This document shows, one piece after another, positions 1-8,460 of a DNA stretch of 32,000 nt; positions within the stretch are counted from its first letter, which is position 1; the number at the start of each line of letters is the position of its first letter. The translations under genes were made by a program, and so were the position numbers. Source of the DNA: Crocosphaera subtropica ATCC 51142 (GTDB taxonomy: Bacteria; Cyanobacteriota; Cyanobacteriia; Cyanobacteriales; Microcystaceae); contig NC_010546.1 in the NCBI RefSeq assembly GCF_000017845.1, positions 4,620,001-4,652,000 on the forward strand, in the 5' to 3' direction. The notes beneath the pieces were generated by a model. The model was not told the origin of the DNA, made no database searches, and was given only the letters and a program-made list of their open reading frames with translations.

Positions 1-331
1 GATAACAGAAGCAAGAAAAGCAGAAGCAAAACGCATCAGAGTCTTAGCAAGTATGAGTGAAAAACAAGGGGATAAATTACGAAACTATCTAATTAGGGAA
101 ATGCAACGAGTTAATAAAACAAAAATAGAGGGTGTAACTTGTAAATTATCCATGCGAAAAAAACAACCGAGTATCTGTTTAAAAGTAGAACCCGAAGAAC
201 TTCCCGATGAATTTAAACGAGTAAAAATTGAACCTAATTTAACAGAAATTAGAAAAGCCCTCAAATCTCAAAAAGACCTTGATTGGGCTTTTCTTAGCGA
301 TGATGAAGACTATAGCTTAACCATTAAATGA
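1..331 (+). CDS. Siphovirus Gp157-like protein, 5'-truncated by the window edge
   Basis: The frame of the listed ORF (53..331) stays open back to position 2 (ITEARKAEAKRIRVLAS-MSEKQGDKLRNYL...), so the gene probably starts upstream of the window. The layout matches my memory of the Gp157 family: a charged coiled-coil segment, then KLSMRKKQPSICLKVEPEELPDEFKRVKIEPNLTEIRKALK, ending in ..SLTIK. No search was run. Confidence 0.5.
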   Translation, partial: ITEARKAEAKRIRVLASMSEKQGDKLRNYLIREMQRVNKTKIEGVTCKLSMRKKQPSICLKVEPEELPDEFKRVKIEPNLTEIRKALKSQKDLDWAFLSDDEDYSLTIK

Positions 332-401
332 ATCTTTAATTGTCATTCCGAGGAAACGAGGAATCTGCGTAACGTCTTAATCATAATTAATAGTGTTAGA
401 A

Positions 402-448
402 AGGCAACAGGATAGAAAAAGTCTTGCTTTGCCTATTGCCTATTGCCT
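402..448 (-). terminator. Candidate hairpin terminator directly after the ilvB stop codon; weaker on the + strand
   Basis: On the minus-strand RNA, AGGCAAUAGG (439-448) pairs with CCUGUUGCCU (402-411): 10 bp with one G-U wobble, followed by UUCUAAC. On the + strand the same stem has a C-A mismatch but is followed by GTTATATTTTTG. The arm overlaps a CCTATTG heptamer duplication. Confidence 0.35.
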
Positions 449-449
449 G

Positions 450-2309
450 TTATATTTTTGTGCCACATTCAGGACAAAACTTGTTAGTAACAGGGTTATC
501 CGTACCACAGTAAGTACAACGAATTAACTCTGTCATCAACTCGGAAGACTTTAACTCAGGAAGTCCGATCATTTGAGCATTACTCTTACCAGGGGCAACC
601 ATCGGATAACAATTTTCATCCCGTTTCACATGAACATCCATCAAAACAGGGCCATCATGGGCTAACATTTCAGCCACTGCACCAGCCAACTGAGAATGCT
701 CTGTAACAGTGATTCCTTTAACACCGAACGCTTTAGCCAATAATTCAAAATCAGGCATTCCCGTCTGCATATTAGACGAAGAATAACGCTCACCGTAAAA
801 GGTTTGTTGCCATTGGCGTACCATTCCCTGCCAACCATTATTAATAATGACGGTTTTCGCAGCAATGTTATACTGTGCGAGGGTTGCCAACTCTTGGAGA
901 TTCATCTGAAAACTCGCATCACCGCTAATACAGATTACCTCTTCTTCGGGTAGCGCCACTTTAACACCCATCGCTGCCGGCATTCCATAACCCATTGTGC
1001 CTAACCCTGCGCTAGAAATCCAACGACGGGGCCCGTTATTTAAGAATTGCGCCGCCCACATTTGATGCTGTCCCACATCCGTCGTATAGTAGGCGTGAGG
1101 AGCTTGACGACCCACTTCGACGATCACCTCTTGAGGGGAGATGCGATGGTCATAATGGGGAGCAACGAGGGGATATTGTTCACGCCAACGATTAATACGG
1201 TTTAACCAAGGTGTGGTTTTTTCAGCATCCAGAGGAACATCAATTTCTCGCGATCGCTGTAATAATTGTTCTAATACCTGACGCACATCTCCGACGATGG
1301 GAACTTCAGGGAGTCTATTTTTACCCACTTCCGCCGGATCAATATCAATATGAATGACCCTAGCACGGGAAGCAAACTCATCCAATTTACCCGTTACCCG
1401 ATCATCAAATCTGGCTCCCACCGCGATCAATAAATCACACTCACTCACCGCAAAGTTAGCGTAAGCAGTGCCGTGCATTCCCAACATTCCCACCGATAAC
1501 GGGTGATGTTCATCAAAGGAACCAATACCCATTAACGTGGTGGTGACAGGAATTTGAAACCGTTCAGCCAATTCTTGGACTTGAGCGTGGGCATTAGCGG
1601 CGATCGCTCCACCCCCAACATACAATAAAGGACGTTCTGAGGTTTCGATTAAGGATAAGGCTGCATTAATTTGACGGGGGTTTCCTTTCACCGTAGGACG
1701 ATACCCTGGTAATTTCACTTGGCCAGGTTCAACGGGAATATAGTCACATTCTTCAAGGCCGACATCTTTGGGAACATCAATTAAGACCGGTCCTGGTCGT
1801 CCCGTACTGGCGATATGAAACGCTTCAGCCACGATTTTAGCCATATCTTCGGCATGACGCACCACATAGGAATGTTTAACAATAGGTAGGGTAATCCCAA
1901 AAATATCCGTTTCTTGGAAAGCGTCGCTACCAATGGCCGCCCTTCCCACTTGTCCCGTTACCACTACCATCGGAATTGAATCCAGGTGTGCCGTGGCGAT
2001 CCCTGTCACTAAATTGGTTGCCCCTGGTCCAGAGGTTCCGAAACAGACTCCCACTTTACCCGTAGCACGGGCATAACCATCGGCCGCATGGGACGCTCCT
2101 TGTTCGTGGCGCACTAAGAAATGTTGGATGTCTCCCCTAGCTTCGGCTCGGTATAATTCGTCATAGATGGGGAGAATTGCTCCCCCCGGATAACCAAAAA
2201 TGTGTTTAACGCCGTGACGTACCAGGCTATCGATTAAGGCATAAGCCCCTGTACGCCGTTGGGGAGTTTCTGCTAAGGGTGAAGTTATTTTTGCTATTGA
2301 AGAAACCAC
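450..2309 (-). CDS. ilvB: Acetolactate synthase (acetohydroxyacid synthase) large subunit, with an extra C-terminal CxxC-N10-CxxC zinc-ribbon tail
   Basis: 619 aa with a GTG start. Typical ThDP-enzyme sequence throughout: [29 protein letters not shown], and the ThDP-binding motif [30 protein letters not shown]. Ends in [23 protein letters not shown]. Confidence 0.95.
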   Translation of the reverse strand: MVSSIAKITSPLAETPQRRTGAYALIDSLVRHGVKHIFGYPGGAILPIYDELYRAEARGDIQHFLVRHEQGASHAADGYARATGKVGVCFGTSGPGATNLVTGIATAHLDSIPMVVVTGQVGRAAIGSDAFQETDIFGITLPIVKHSYVVRHAEDMAKIVAEAFHIASTGRPGPVLIDVPKDVGLEECDYIPVEPGQVKLPGYRPTVKGNPRQINAALSLIETSERPLLYVGGGAIAANAHAQVQELAERFQIPVTTTLMGIGSFDEHHPLSVGMLGMHGTAYANFAVSECDLLIAVGARFDDRVTGKLDEFASRARVIHIDIDPAEVGKNRLPEVPIVGDVRQVLEQLLQRSREIDVPLDAEKTTPWLNRINRWREQYPLVAPHYDHRISPQEVIVEVGRQAPHAYYTTDVGQHQMWAAQFLNNGPRRWISSAGLGTMGYGMPAAMGVKVALPEEEVICISGDASFQMNLQELATLAQYNIAAKTVIINNGWQGMVRQWQQTFYGERYSSSNMQTGMPDFELLAKAFGVKGITVTEHSQLAGAVAEMLAHDGPVLMDVHVKRDENCYPMVAPGKSNAQMIGLPELKSSELMTELIRCTYCGTDNPVTNKFCPECGTKI

Positions 2310-2446
2310 AGGGCAAACCGTCTCACTTAATTGCTATCTATATTTTCTATTTTAGTTTTGTTGTCTCTTTTACAACATAAGAAATCCTAACATTTCTGAG
2401 CATATCCTAAAAGGGTAGGATTATATCTCGATTTTAGCCTACTAAT

Positions 2447-2567
2447 ACCTGAGTGCGGTGTTAGGTGTTCGGAGTGCGACTAGGTTGTGCTAGGCAACGG
2501 AGTTGGGTATTTTTTTAACGAGATAATAAACCTGAGTTCGAGGTTAGGGGTTCGGAGGTCGGAGTTA
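2447..2567. repeat. Dispersed repeat: GAGTTCG-type heptamer array plus conserved 53-nt core, followed by a second partial heptamer block
   Basis: ACCTGAGTGCG GTGTTAG GTGTTCG GAGTGCG is followed by the core TTCGGAGTGCGACTAGGTTGTGCTAGGCAACGGAGTTGGGTATTTTTTTAACG (2468-2520). By hand alignment the core matches 21189-21241 at 46 of 53 positions. A second block, CCTGAGTTCGAGGTTAGGGGTTCGGAGGTCGGAGTT, lies at 2531-2566. Confidence 0.6.
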
Positions 2568-2780
2568 GATCATATTTAACAAATATAAGTTGTCTTGCCT
2601 CACTAATAATTTAATGACTTTGAAATTGTTGTAGTAACCAGCGATTTACTTCGGAATGCTTCGTCTGGCTACTTTTTTGTAACGCTTTAACTCAAATAGC
2701 AATGTCTAAGTCTGATAAAACTTGAGATTGAGTAATTCTTTTGCTTCCTTTATCTTCTATTTGGAAAGCAATAATGTAAT

Positions 2781-2809
2781 AATAAGATGGGAATTATGCC
2801 CACCTTATT
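2781..2809 (-). terminator. Candidate intrinsic terminator of menA
   Basis: Minus-strand RNA AAUAAGGUGGG-CAUAAUU-CCCAUCUUAUU forms an 11-bp stem with one G-U. It starts about 20 nt after the menA stop and is followed by an A/U-rich tract (AUUACAUUAUUGCUUU). Confidence 0.4.
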
Positions 2810-2828
2810 TATTCTTGAAAAATCAAGG

Positions 2829-3752
2829 TTATAAAATTTTAGGTAGAATTAATCCTAAAGTTAATAAAATTCCACTAAAAAAGTGAAGTCTAACTGCAAT
2901 AAATTTACAATTGCTAACTTGAGCAGGTTGATCATGATTTTTGTTAACATGACTCACCAATTGATAAGCAATCGGACAACTTAGAAACACTAAAGCAGTC
3001 CAAAAAGAAAAGAGATTAAATAGAGAAAATATACCAATCAAAAAGAAAAACAAGGCTGTTGTTACCATTAATACTACAGAGCCTAATTTTGTTCCTAAAC
3101 GAACGATAGGGGAACGTTTTCCCGCAGCTAAATCATCTTCTACTTGATGAAAATGGGAACAAAAAAGAATAATAGATGTGCTAATTCCTATGAGAATTCC
3201 TGGGGCTAAACTTAATAAAGAAAATTCTTGGCTTTGGGAATAATAAGCAGCAGCGATCGCCAGAGGACCAAAAGCAAAAAAACAAATAATTTCCCCTAAC
3301 CCTTGATAGCCAAAACGAAAAGGAGGTCCTTGGTAAGTATAGCCTAAAGCACAACAAAGCACTATAATGCTTAAGACTGTTACATCTTTTTGCCACCAGG
3401 CGATTAATAAAATTCCTAGAATGCCTAAGCCTAAAAAAGCATTAGCTAACCAAAACATTAAGGACTTATTTCCTGTCAAATTGACAATAGAATGAGCTTT
3501 ATTTTTATCAATTCCTGTCTCAGCATCAAAAACATCATTACTAATATTGAGCCAAGCAATAATTAAAATAGCTGATGTTAAAAAAGTCCCAAAAATTTTG
3601 GTGTCAAATAGTCCTGTTTCCCCAAAAGCAGCCGCAGTTCCTACAGTAATTGGTATAATAGCGACGCTGTACATAGGGGGTTTGATGGCAGCAAGCCACA
3701 ATTTTCCTTTTGATGGGGGTAAACTCTGAGTTGTGGTGGGTGTTGTGGTCAT
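2829..3752 (-). CDS. menA: 1,4-dihydroxy-2-naphthoate phytyltransferase (UbiA-family prenyltransferase, phylloquinone pathway)
   Basis: 307 aa polytopic membrane protein with the UbiA aspartate-rich motif NDVFDAETGID. Sits divergently next to an isochorismate synthase gene. Confidence 0.85.
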   Translation of the reverse strand: MTTTPTTTQSLPPSKGKLWLAAIKPPMYSVAIIPITVGTAAAFGETGLFDTKIFGTFLTSAILIIAWLNISNDVFDAETGIDKNKAHSIVNLTGNKSLMFWLANAFLGLGILGILLIAWWQKDVTVLSIIVLCCALGYTYQGPPFRFGYQGLGEIICFFAFGPLAIAAAYYSQSQEFSLLSLAPGILIGISTSIILFCSHFHQVEDDLAAGKRSPIVRLGTKLGSVVLMVTTALFFFLIGIFSLFNLFSFWTALVFLSCPIAYQLVSHVNKNHDQPAQVSNCKFIAVRLHFFSGILLTLGLILPKIL

Positions 3753-3853
3753 AAAGTATCTGGTTGGGAATAATCTCTATGATATGATCCTCAAAAGAGG
3801 CGCAATCAACGGTATGGATAACATTAAAGACATACCATCAATATCGGGCTAAA

Positions 3854-5338
3854 GTGAAACAAATTATAAATAACTTTACGATGTCTGTTGCTACACCCAT
3901 CATTCCTGATACGACGCATATCGGGTATGATCAACATCGTCTTGAACAATTACTTCTGACCCATAAAGCAACTCTAGATGGACATAATCAGTCAATTATT
4001 GTAAGTTTATCTCAGAGAATTGACGAAATTGATCCTTTATCGATTTTAGCATTTTTAACCCATGAAACAATCAATAATTTTTCTAAAGATGAAATTTATT
4101 TTTATTGGGAAAATCAAGGTAAAACTGAAGCTATTTTAGGCTATGGTGTTACCCACTCTTCTCAACTAAATATAAAAGATCGATTTACGAAGTCCCAACA
4201 ATTTGTCGAAGACTGTTTTCATAAAATCATTAAGGTTGATCAAGATAATTTATCCGATTCTTCTCCTCATATTTTTTGTGGATTTACCTTTTTTTCTGAA
4301 ACTAATCAACAACAATTTCCGTTTCCTTCCGCTTTTTCCTTTTTGCCTAAACTTGAAGTTATTAAACGAAAACGAAATAGTCTCTTAGTCTTTAATCTTT
4401 TAATTGACTCAACAAGCGATGTTAAGAAATTAGCGAATCAGACCATAGCTAATATAAAATTGTTGTCTCAATTTAAACCCTACGAAGAAATTAGTAAGCA
4501 GGAAAAACAATCCATTAACTTAAATTTTAAGTATCAAATGATACAAGGGTTTGAATCATCAGTTGCCTCAGCTTTAAGGTCAATTAAAGATAATCATTTT
4601 CAAAAATTAGTGTTAGCTAATGCTTTAGATTTAACTGATTCTCAAGATTTTTCAATTGTTACCTGTTTAAAAAAATTACGATATTATCATCCTGATTGTT
4701 ATCTGTTTGCTATCAATAATGGTAAAAATAATTGCTTTGTTGGGGCGAGTCCTGAACGATTAATTAGTTTAAAAAATAAACAGTTATTAACCGATGCTTT
4801 GGCCGGTTCTATTTCTAGAGGAAATACGAAAAGTGACGATTATTATTTAGCTCAAAAACTTCTAAAAAGCAGTAAAGAAAGGCGAGAACATCAAGTGGTG
4901 ATTGAATTTATCGTGCAACGTTTAATTAATCTAGGATTAACCCCACAAATTTCTCCTTTAAAAGTTTTGAAATTATCCAATATTCAACACCTTTGGACTC
5001 CTATTTATACACAATTAAATCCTAATATTCATCCTTTGGAAATCGTAGCTAAGTTGCATCCTACCCCTGCTGTATCGGGGTTTCCCACAGGAGTAACCTG
5101 TCAAGAAATTAAACGCTATGAAACCTTTGAAAGAGGATTTTATGCTGCGCCTTTGGGTTGGATCGATTATGATGGGAATAGTGAATTTATTGTTGGGATT
5201 CGCTCGGCTTTAATCTCTGGAAATCATGCTAGACTATATGCGGGTGCAGGAATTGTGGAAGGATCAGAACCTGAAAAAGAGTTAGAAGAAATTCAGCTAA
5301 AATTTCAAGGATTACTCAAAGCCTTATCTTATTGCTAA
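3854..5338 (+). CDS. menF: Isochorismate synthase (phylloquinone pathway)
   Basis: Chorismate-binding-enzyme motifs FVGASPERLISL, ERREHQVV, LHPTPAVSGFP, YAAPLGWID and GIRSALI. The listed start is GTG at 3854; ATG at 3881 (MSVATP...) is an equally plausible start. Confidence 0.85.
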   Translation: MKQIINNFTMSVATPIIPDTTHIGYDQHRLEQLLLTHKATLDGHNQSIIVSLSQRIDEIDPLSILAFLTHETINNFSKDEIYFYWENQGKTEAILGYGVTHSSQLNIKDRFTKSQQFVEDCFHKIIKVDQDNLSDSSPHIFCGFTFFSETNQQQFPFPSAFSFLPKLEVIKRKRNSLLVFNLLIDSTSDVKKLANQTIANIKLLSQFKPYEEISKQEKQSINLNFKYQMIQGFESSVASALRSIKDNHFQKLVLANALDLTDSQDFSIVTCLKKLRYYHPDCYLFAINNGKNNCFVGASPERLISLKNKQLLTDALAGSISRGNTKSDDYYLAQKLLKSSKERREHQVVIEFIVQRLINLGLTPQISPLKVLKLSNIQHLWTPIYTQLNPNIHPLEIVAKLHPTPAVSGFPTGVTCQEIKRYETFERGFYAAPLGWIDYDGNSEFIVGIRSALISGNHARLYAGAGIVEGSEPEKELEEIQLKFQGLLKALSYC

Positions 5339-5505
5339 TTATTAATAATAGTTTATCCTCTAAGGTTTACCCCGTCTTCGGAGTCTCCTCGTCCCCCCGT
5401 CAATATTCAAAGACAATTGTTGTGCAAAAATGGGATACGCCCAACTGGGGAGTCAATGTTATATTATCCTTAACACTAGCGTCCAAATACAACCGTCTAT
5501 AACCT

Positions 5506-7755
5506 ATGTTAATCGATAGAAATCTCTCTAAATATATCGTCTTCTCCGAAGATAGTATTCTGAATGCTCTCAAAAAAATCAGTGATAATAAAAGTCGGAT
5601 TATCTTCTCTGTTACTGAGTCAGGTGTATTAGAAGGTGTGTTAACAGATGGTGACTTTAGACGATGGTTAGTCAAACAAAATACTATCGATCTTAATCAA
5701 GCGGTTTCTAATATTAGTAATAAACAGTTTAAATACGCTTTATTTGAAGAAAATCCCGAAAAAATAAATAGTTATTTTTCTGAAGAAATCGAATTTATTC
5801 CCCTTTTAGATGATAACGATCATTTAGTTGCGATCGCCCGTAAACGTCCTGATGAAATTAAAATCGGTGACTTCATTATTAATGATGAATCTCCTACCTT
5901 TATTATTGCAGAAATTGGTAACAATCATAATGGTAATTTAGAGTTAGCTAAAAAGTTAATTGATGATGCGATCACAGCCGGGGCAAATTGCGCTAAATTT
6001 CAACTAAGAAGTCTAAAATCTCTTTATCATAATGCCGGAAATGCCGACGATGCTAGTGAAGATTTAGGGTCACAATATACCTTAGATTTATTGTCCCGTT
6101 TTCAACTTTCTGACGAAGAAATGTTACAAGCTTTTGATTATTGCAAGGAAAAAGAGATTTTGCCCTTGTGTACCCCTTGGGACTTAGACAGTTTAAAGAT
6201 ACTTGAAAACTATGGCATGGTTGCCTATAAAGTTGCTTCTGCTGATTTTACCAATCATGAATTATTAAAAGCCTTAGCTAAAACAGGAAAACCCTTAATT
6301 TGTTCTACGGGAATGTCCACTGAAGCCGAAATTAGTCAATCGGTTCAACTCTTACAAAAACTAGGGGCAATGTATGTTTTATTACATTGTAATTCTACCT
6401 ATCCAGCACCCTTTAAAGATGTCAATTTAAACTATATTACTCGCTTAAAAGAATTAGGGGATTGTCCTGTGGGATATTCCGGCCATGAACGGGGAATTAG
6501 TGTGGCTATTGCTGCGGTTGCTAAAGGAGCAAAAGTCATTGAAAAACACTTTACTTTAGACAAATCAATGGAAGGAAACGACCATAAAGTCAGCCTATTG
6601 CCCCAAGAATTCAAGGCCATGGTGGAAGGAATTAGGCAAGTAGAAGAAGCCCTAGGAACCTCATCAGAAAGACGGTTAAGCCAAGGGGAATTAATGAACC
6701 GAGAAACCCTAGCTAAAAGTTTAATTATTAACTGTGACTTAGAACCTGGACAAGTAATTACCGAAGCCATGATTGAGGTCAAAAGTCCAGGAAAAGGATT
6801 ACAACCCAACCGTAAAAAAGAATTAATTGGTAAGACAGCAAAACGATCTTTGAAAGCAGGAGATTTTTTCTTTTCTAGTGACCTAGAAGAAGCCCAGATT
6901 AAGGCTAAAAACTATTTATTTGATCGTCCTTGGGGTTTACCGGTTCGCTATCATGACTTTGGTAAACTACTGCCAAAATCCAACCCAGACTTATTGGAAT
7001 TTCATCTCAGTTACAAAGACTTAGAACAGGATATTAAACAATATTTTAATAATACTTACGATCTTAATTATGTGGTTCATAGTCCTGAATTATTTGCCGG
7101 GGATCATGTGTTAGATTTATGTTCCTTAGATGATGATTATCGTCACCATTCCATCAAAGAATTACAGCGAGTCATCCATATTACTCGACAACTCAAAGCT
7201 TACTTTAAAAAAGCATCAAGACCCTTAATTGTTACTAATATAGGTGGCTTTACCTTAGATGAACCGCTACCCTTGACAAAACGCCAAAAATACTACGATT
7301 TACTATTAGATAGTTTATCCAATTTAGACAGTGAAGGAGTTGAAATTATACCTCAAACCATGCCTCCCTTTCCCTGGCATTTTGGGGGACAAAGATATCA
7401 TAATCTTTTTGTCGATCCTCAAGATATTGCTGAGTTCTGTTCTCATAACAATTATCGAGTTTGTTTAGATATTTCACACTCAAAACTAGCCTGTAATCAT
7501 CATAATTTATCCTTTAAAGAATTCATCGAGCAAGTAGGACCATATACCGCCCATTTACACATAGCAGACGCTCAAGGATTAGACGGAGAAGGGTTACAAA
7601 TCGAACATGGGGATATTGATTTTCCGGCCTTAGCAGAAGATTTAAAGAAAACAGCCCCTAATGCTTCTTTTATTCCTGAAATTTGGCAAGGCCATAAAAA
7701 CGAAGGGGAAGGATTTTGGATAGCCTTAGAACGCTTAGAAAACTTATTTCACTAA
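5506..7755 (+). CDS. Four-domain fusion: CBS pair + NeuB-type nonulosonic/sialic-acid synthase + SAF domain + xylose-isomerase-like (AP endonuclease 2 type) TIM barrel
   Basis: Domains by residue range:
- aa 1-115: CBS-like (GVLTDGDFRRWL, IPLLDDNDHLVAIARK).
- aa ~125-395: NeuB-like (FIIAEIGNNHNGNLELAKKLIDDAITAGANCAKFQ, YKVASADFTN, STGMS, HCNSTYPAP, GYSGHERG, IEKHFTLD).
- aa ~400-465: SAF-like (LAKSLIINCDLEPGQVITEAMIEVKSPGKGL).
- aa ~475-749: resembles sugar-phosphate isomerase/epimerase TIM barrels (LEFHLSY, VVHSPE, CLDISH, HLHIADA, IPEIW). Confidence 0.8.
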   Translation: MLIDRNLSKYIVFSEDSILNALKKISDNKSRIIFSVTESGVLEGVLTDGDFRRWLVKQNTIDLNQAVSNISNKQFKYALFEENPEKINSYFSEEIEFIPLLDDNDHLVAIARKRPDEIKIGDFIINDESPTFIIAEIGNNHNGNLELAKKLIDDAITAGANCAKFQLRSLKSLYHNAGNADDASEDLGSQYTLDLLSRFQLSDEEMLQAFDYCKEKEILPLCTPWDLDSLKILENYGMVAYKVASADFTNHELLKALAKTGKPLICSTGMSTEAEISQSVQLLQKLGAMYVLLHCNSTYPAPFKDVNLNYITRLKELGDCPVGYSGHERGISVAIAAVAKGAKVIEKHFTLDKSMEGNDHKVSLLPQEFKAMVEGIRQVEEALGTSSERRLSQGELMNRETLAKSLIINCDLEPGQVITEAMIEVKSPGKGLQPNRKKELIGKTAKRSLKAGDFFFSSDLEEAQIKAKNYLFDRPWGLPVRYHDFGKLLPKSNPDLLEFHLSYKDLEQDIKQYFNNTYDLNYVVHSPELFAGDHVLDLCSLDDDYRHHSIKELQRVIHITRQLKAYFKKASRPLIVTNIGGFTLDEPLPLTKRQKYYDLLLDSLSNLDSEGVEIIPQTMPPFPWHFGGQRYHNLFVDPQDIAEFCSHNNYRVCLDISHSKLACNHHNLSFKEFIEQVGPYTAHLHIADAQGLDGEGLQIEHGDIDFPALAEDLKKTAPNASFIPEIWQGHKNEGEGFWIALERLENLFH

Positions 7756-8002
7756 TTTCGTGGGAGTGTTATTTAAGTAGTGAAAATCAACTTAACTTAA
7801 TAGTATTTTCTCCCTAAATAGGTGTGCAAAAATAAAGTCAGACAAACATAATAGCAAACACCTTCTTATCCCTTCATCCTTCTGCCTCCTACCGCCTACC
7901 TTATGGTCACTTAACCGTCTCCTATTTAAGTTGTCACCTCAACGTGATATTATTACCACTGGTTTGCTATGAAACCTTTTATAGCACTTTTGTTGTGACT
8001 AT

Positions 8003-8422
8003 ATGCCATTGACTGAAACCACATCCCAAACTGCCGAAACAACATCAGCTAAAACTGATTCCATGAAAGACTATTATCGACTGCAACGGTCCTTGTTGCT
8101 ATTGAGTTTAGTTCTAACCGGAATTATTTTTGTGTCTGTGTGGATCTTCTACTCTCTAAATTTAGCCCTTAACTACCTGCTAGGGGCTTGTGTTGGCATT
8201 GTTTATTTAAAATTGCTCGCAGGAGAAGTAGAAAAACTTGGCACATCCAAGCAAAAAGTTGGCACGAAAGGGTTAGCCCTATTTGCTGCCATGATTATTG
8301 TAGCCAGTCAATGGCAACAACTCCACATTCTCCCAGTTTTCTTGGGATTTTTGACTTATAAAGTCGCCATAATCGCCTACACGATTCAAAGTGTCATGGA
8401 CGTAGAGTCCAACAGCGATTAA
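8003..8422 (+). CDS. atp1: ATP synthase protein I (cyanobacterial gene 1 of the atp1 operon)
   Basis: 139-aa hydrophobic protein with about 4 predicted TM segments, immediately upstream of the subunit a gene. Position and size are as in other cyanobacterial atp1 operons. Confidence 0.75.
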   Translation: MPLTETTSQTAETTSAKTDSMKDYYRLQRSLLLLSLVLTGIIFVSVWIFYSLNLALNYLLGACVGIVYLKLLAGEVEKLGTSKQKVGTKGLALFAAMIIVASQWQQLHILPVFLGFLTYKVAIIAYTIQSVMDVESNSD

Positions 8423-8460
8423 ACCTTAATTTCGTAACCAGATTCGGTAAATTCTACCCA

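Noticed and set aside
662-865. 67-aa ORF on the minus strand inside ilvB
   Set aside because: It lies in an alternative frame wholly nested in a strongly conserved gene and has no recognisable motif. I treat it as a frame artefact.
2347-2403. 18-codon upstream ORF (MLRNVRISYVVKETTKLK) in the ilvB leader, considered as a branched-chain amino-acid attenuation leader peptide
   Set aside because: It has only scattered Val/Ile codons rather than a run, and I could find no alternative terminator/antiterminator pairing. Leader-peptide attenuation is not an established mechanism in cyanobacteria.
2447-2567. Heptamer arrays considered as a CRISPR-like or minisatellite array
   Set aside because: The units are 7 nt with no spacers and number only 3-5, and no cas genes are present. 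They fit STRR-type short tandem repeats, not CRISPR.
2631-2678. Plus-strand hairpin GTAG-TAA-CCAG...CTGGCTAC followed by TTTTTT, considered as the terminator of an orphan sRNA in the ilvB-menA gap
   Set aside because: The stem is only 8 bp with a bulge and a 23-nt loop, and no plus-strand gene or promoter is identifiable upstream. It is too weak to call without transcript data.
3181-3396. 71-aa ORF nested in menA (same strand, other frame)
   Set aside because: It is nested in a confident membrane-protein gene and its composition (Cys/Phe/Arg-rich) is typical of an off-frame translation.
3547-3729. 60-aa ORF antisense to menA
   Set aside because: It is entirely antisense to a confident CDS, with no RBS or motif support.
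4203-4388. 61-aa ORF in another frame of menF
   Set aside because: It is nested in menF and its low-complexity Leu/Phe/Ile content is typical of AT-rich off-frame ORFs.
5400-5675. 91-aa minus-strand ORF overlapping the start of the NeuB-fusion gene
   Set aside because: It overlaps the CBS-domain coding region in antisense and the intergenic gap, and I recognise no family. It would be worth a look only if RNA-seq shows antisense transcription.
6432-6809. 125-aa ORF antisense to the NeuB/SAF region
   Set aside because: It is antisense to well-conserved coding sequence. Long antisense ORFs arise easily opposite codon-biased genes.
7931-7956. TTGTCA ... TATTAC/TATTAT as the -35/-10 of the atp1 operon promoter
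   Set aside because: The spacing between the hexamers is only 11-14 nt, outside the usual 16-18 nt. I could not place a convincing promoter by eye anywhere in 7756-8002.
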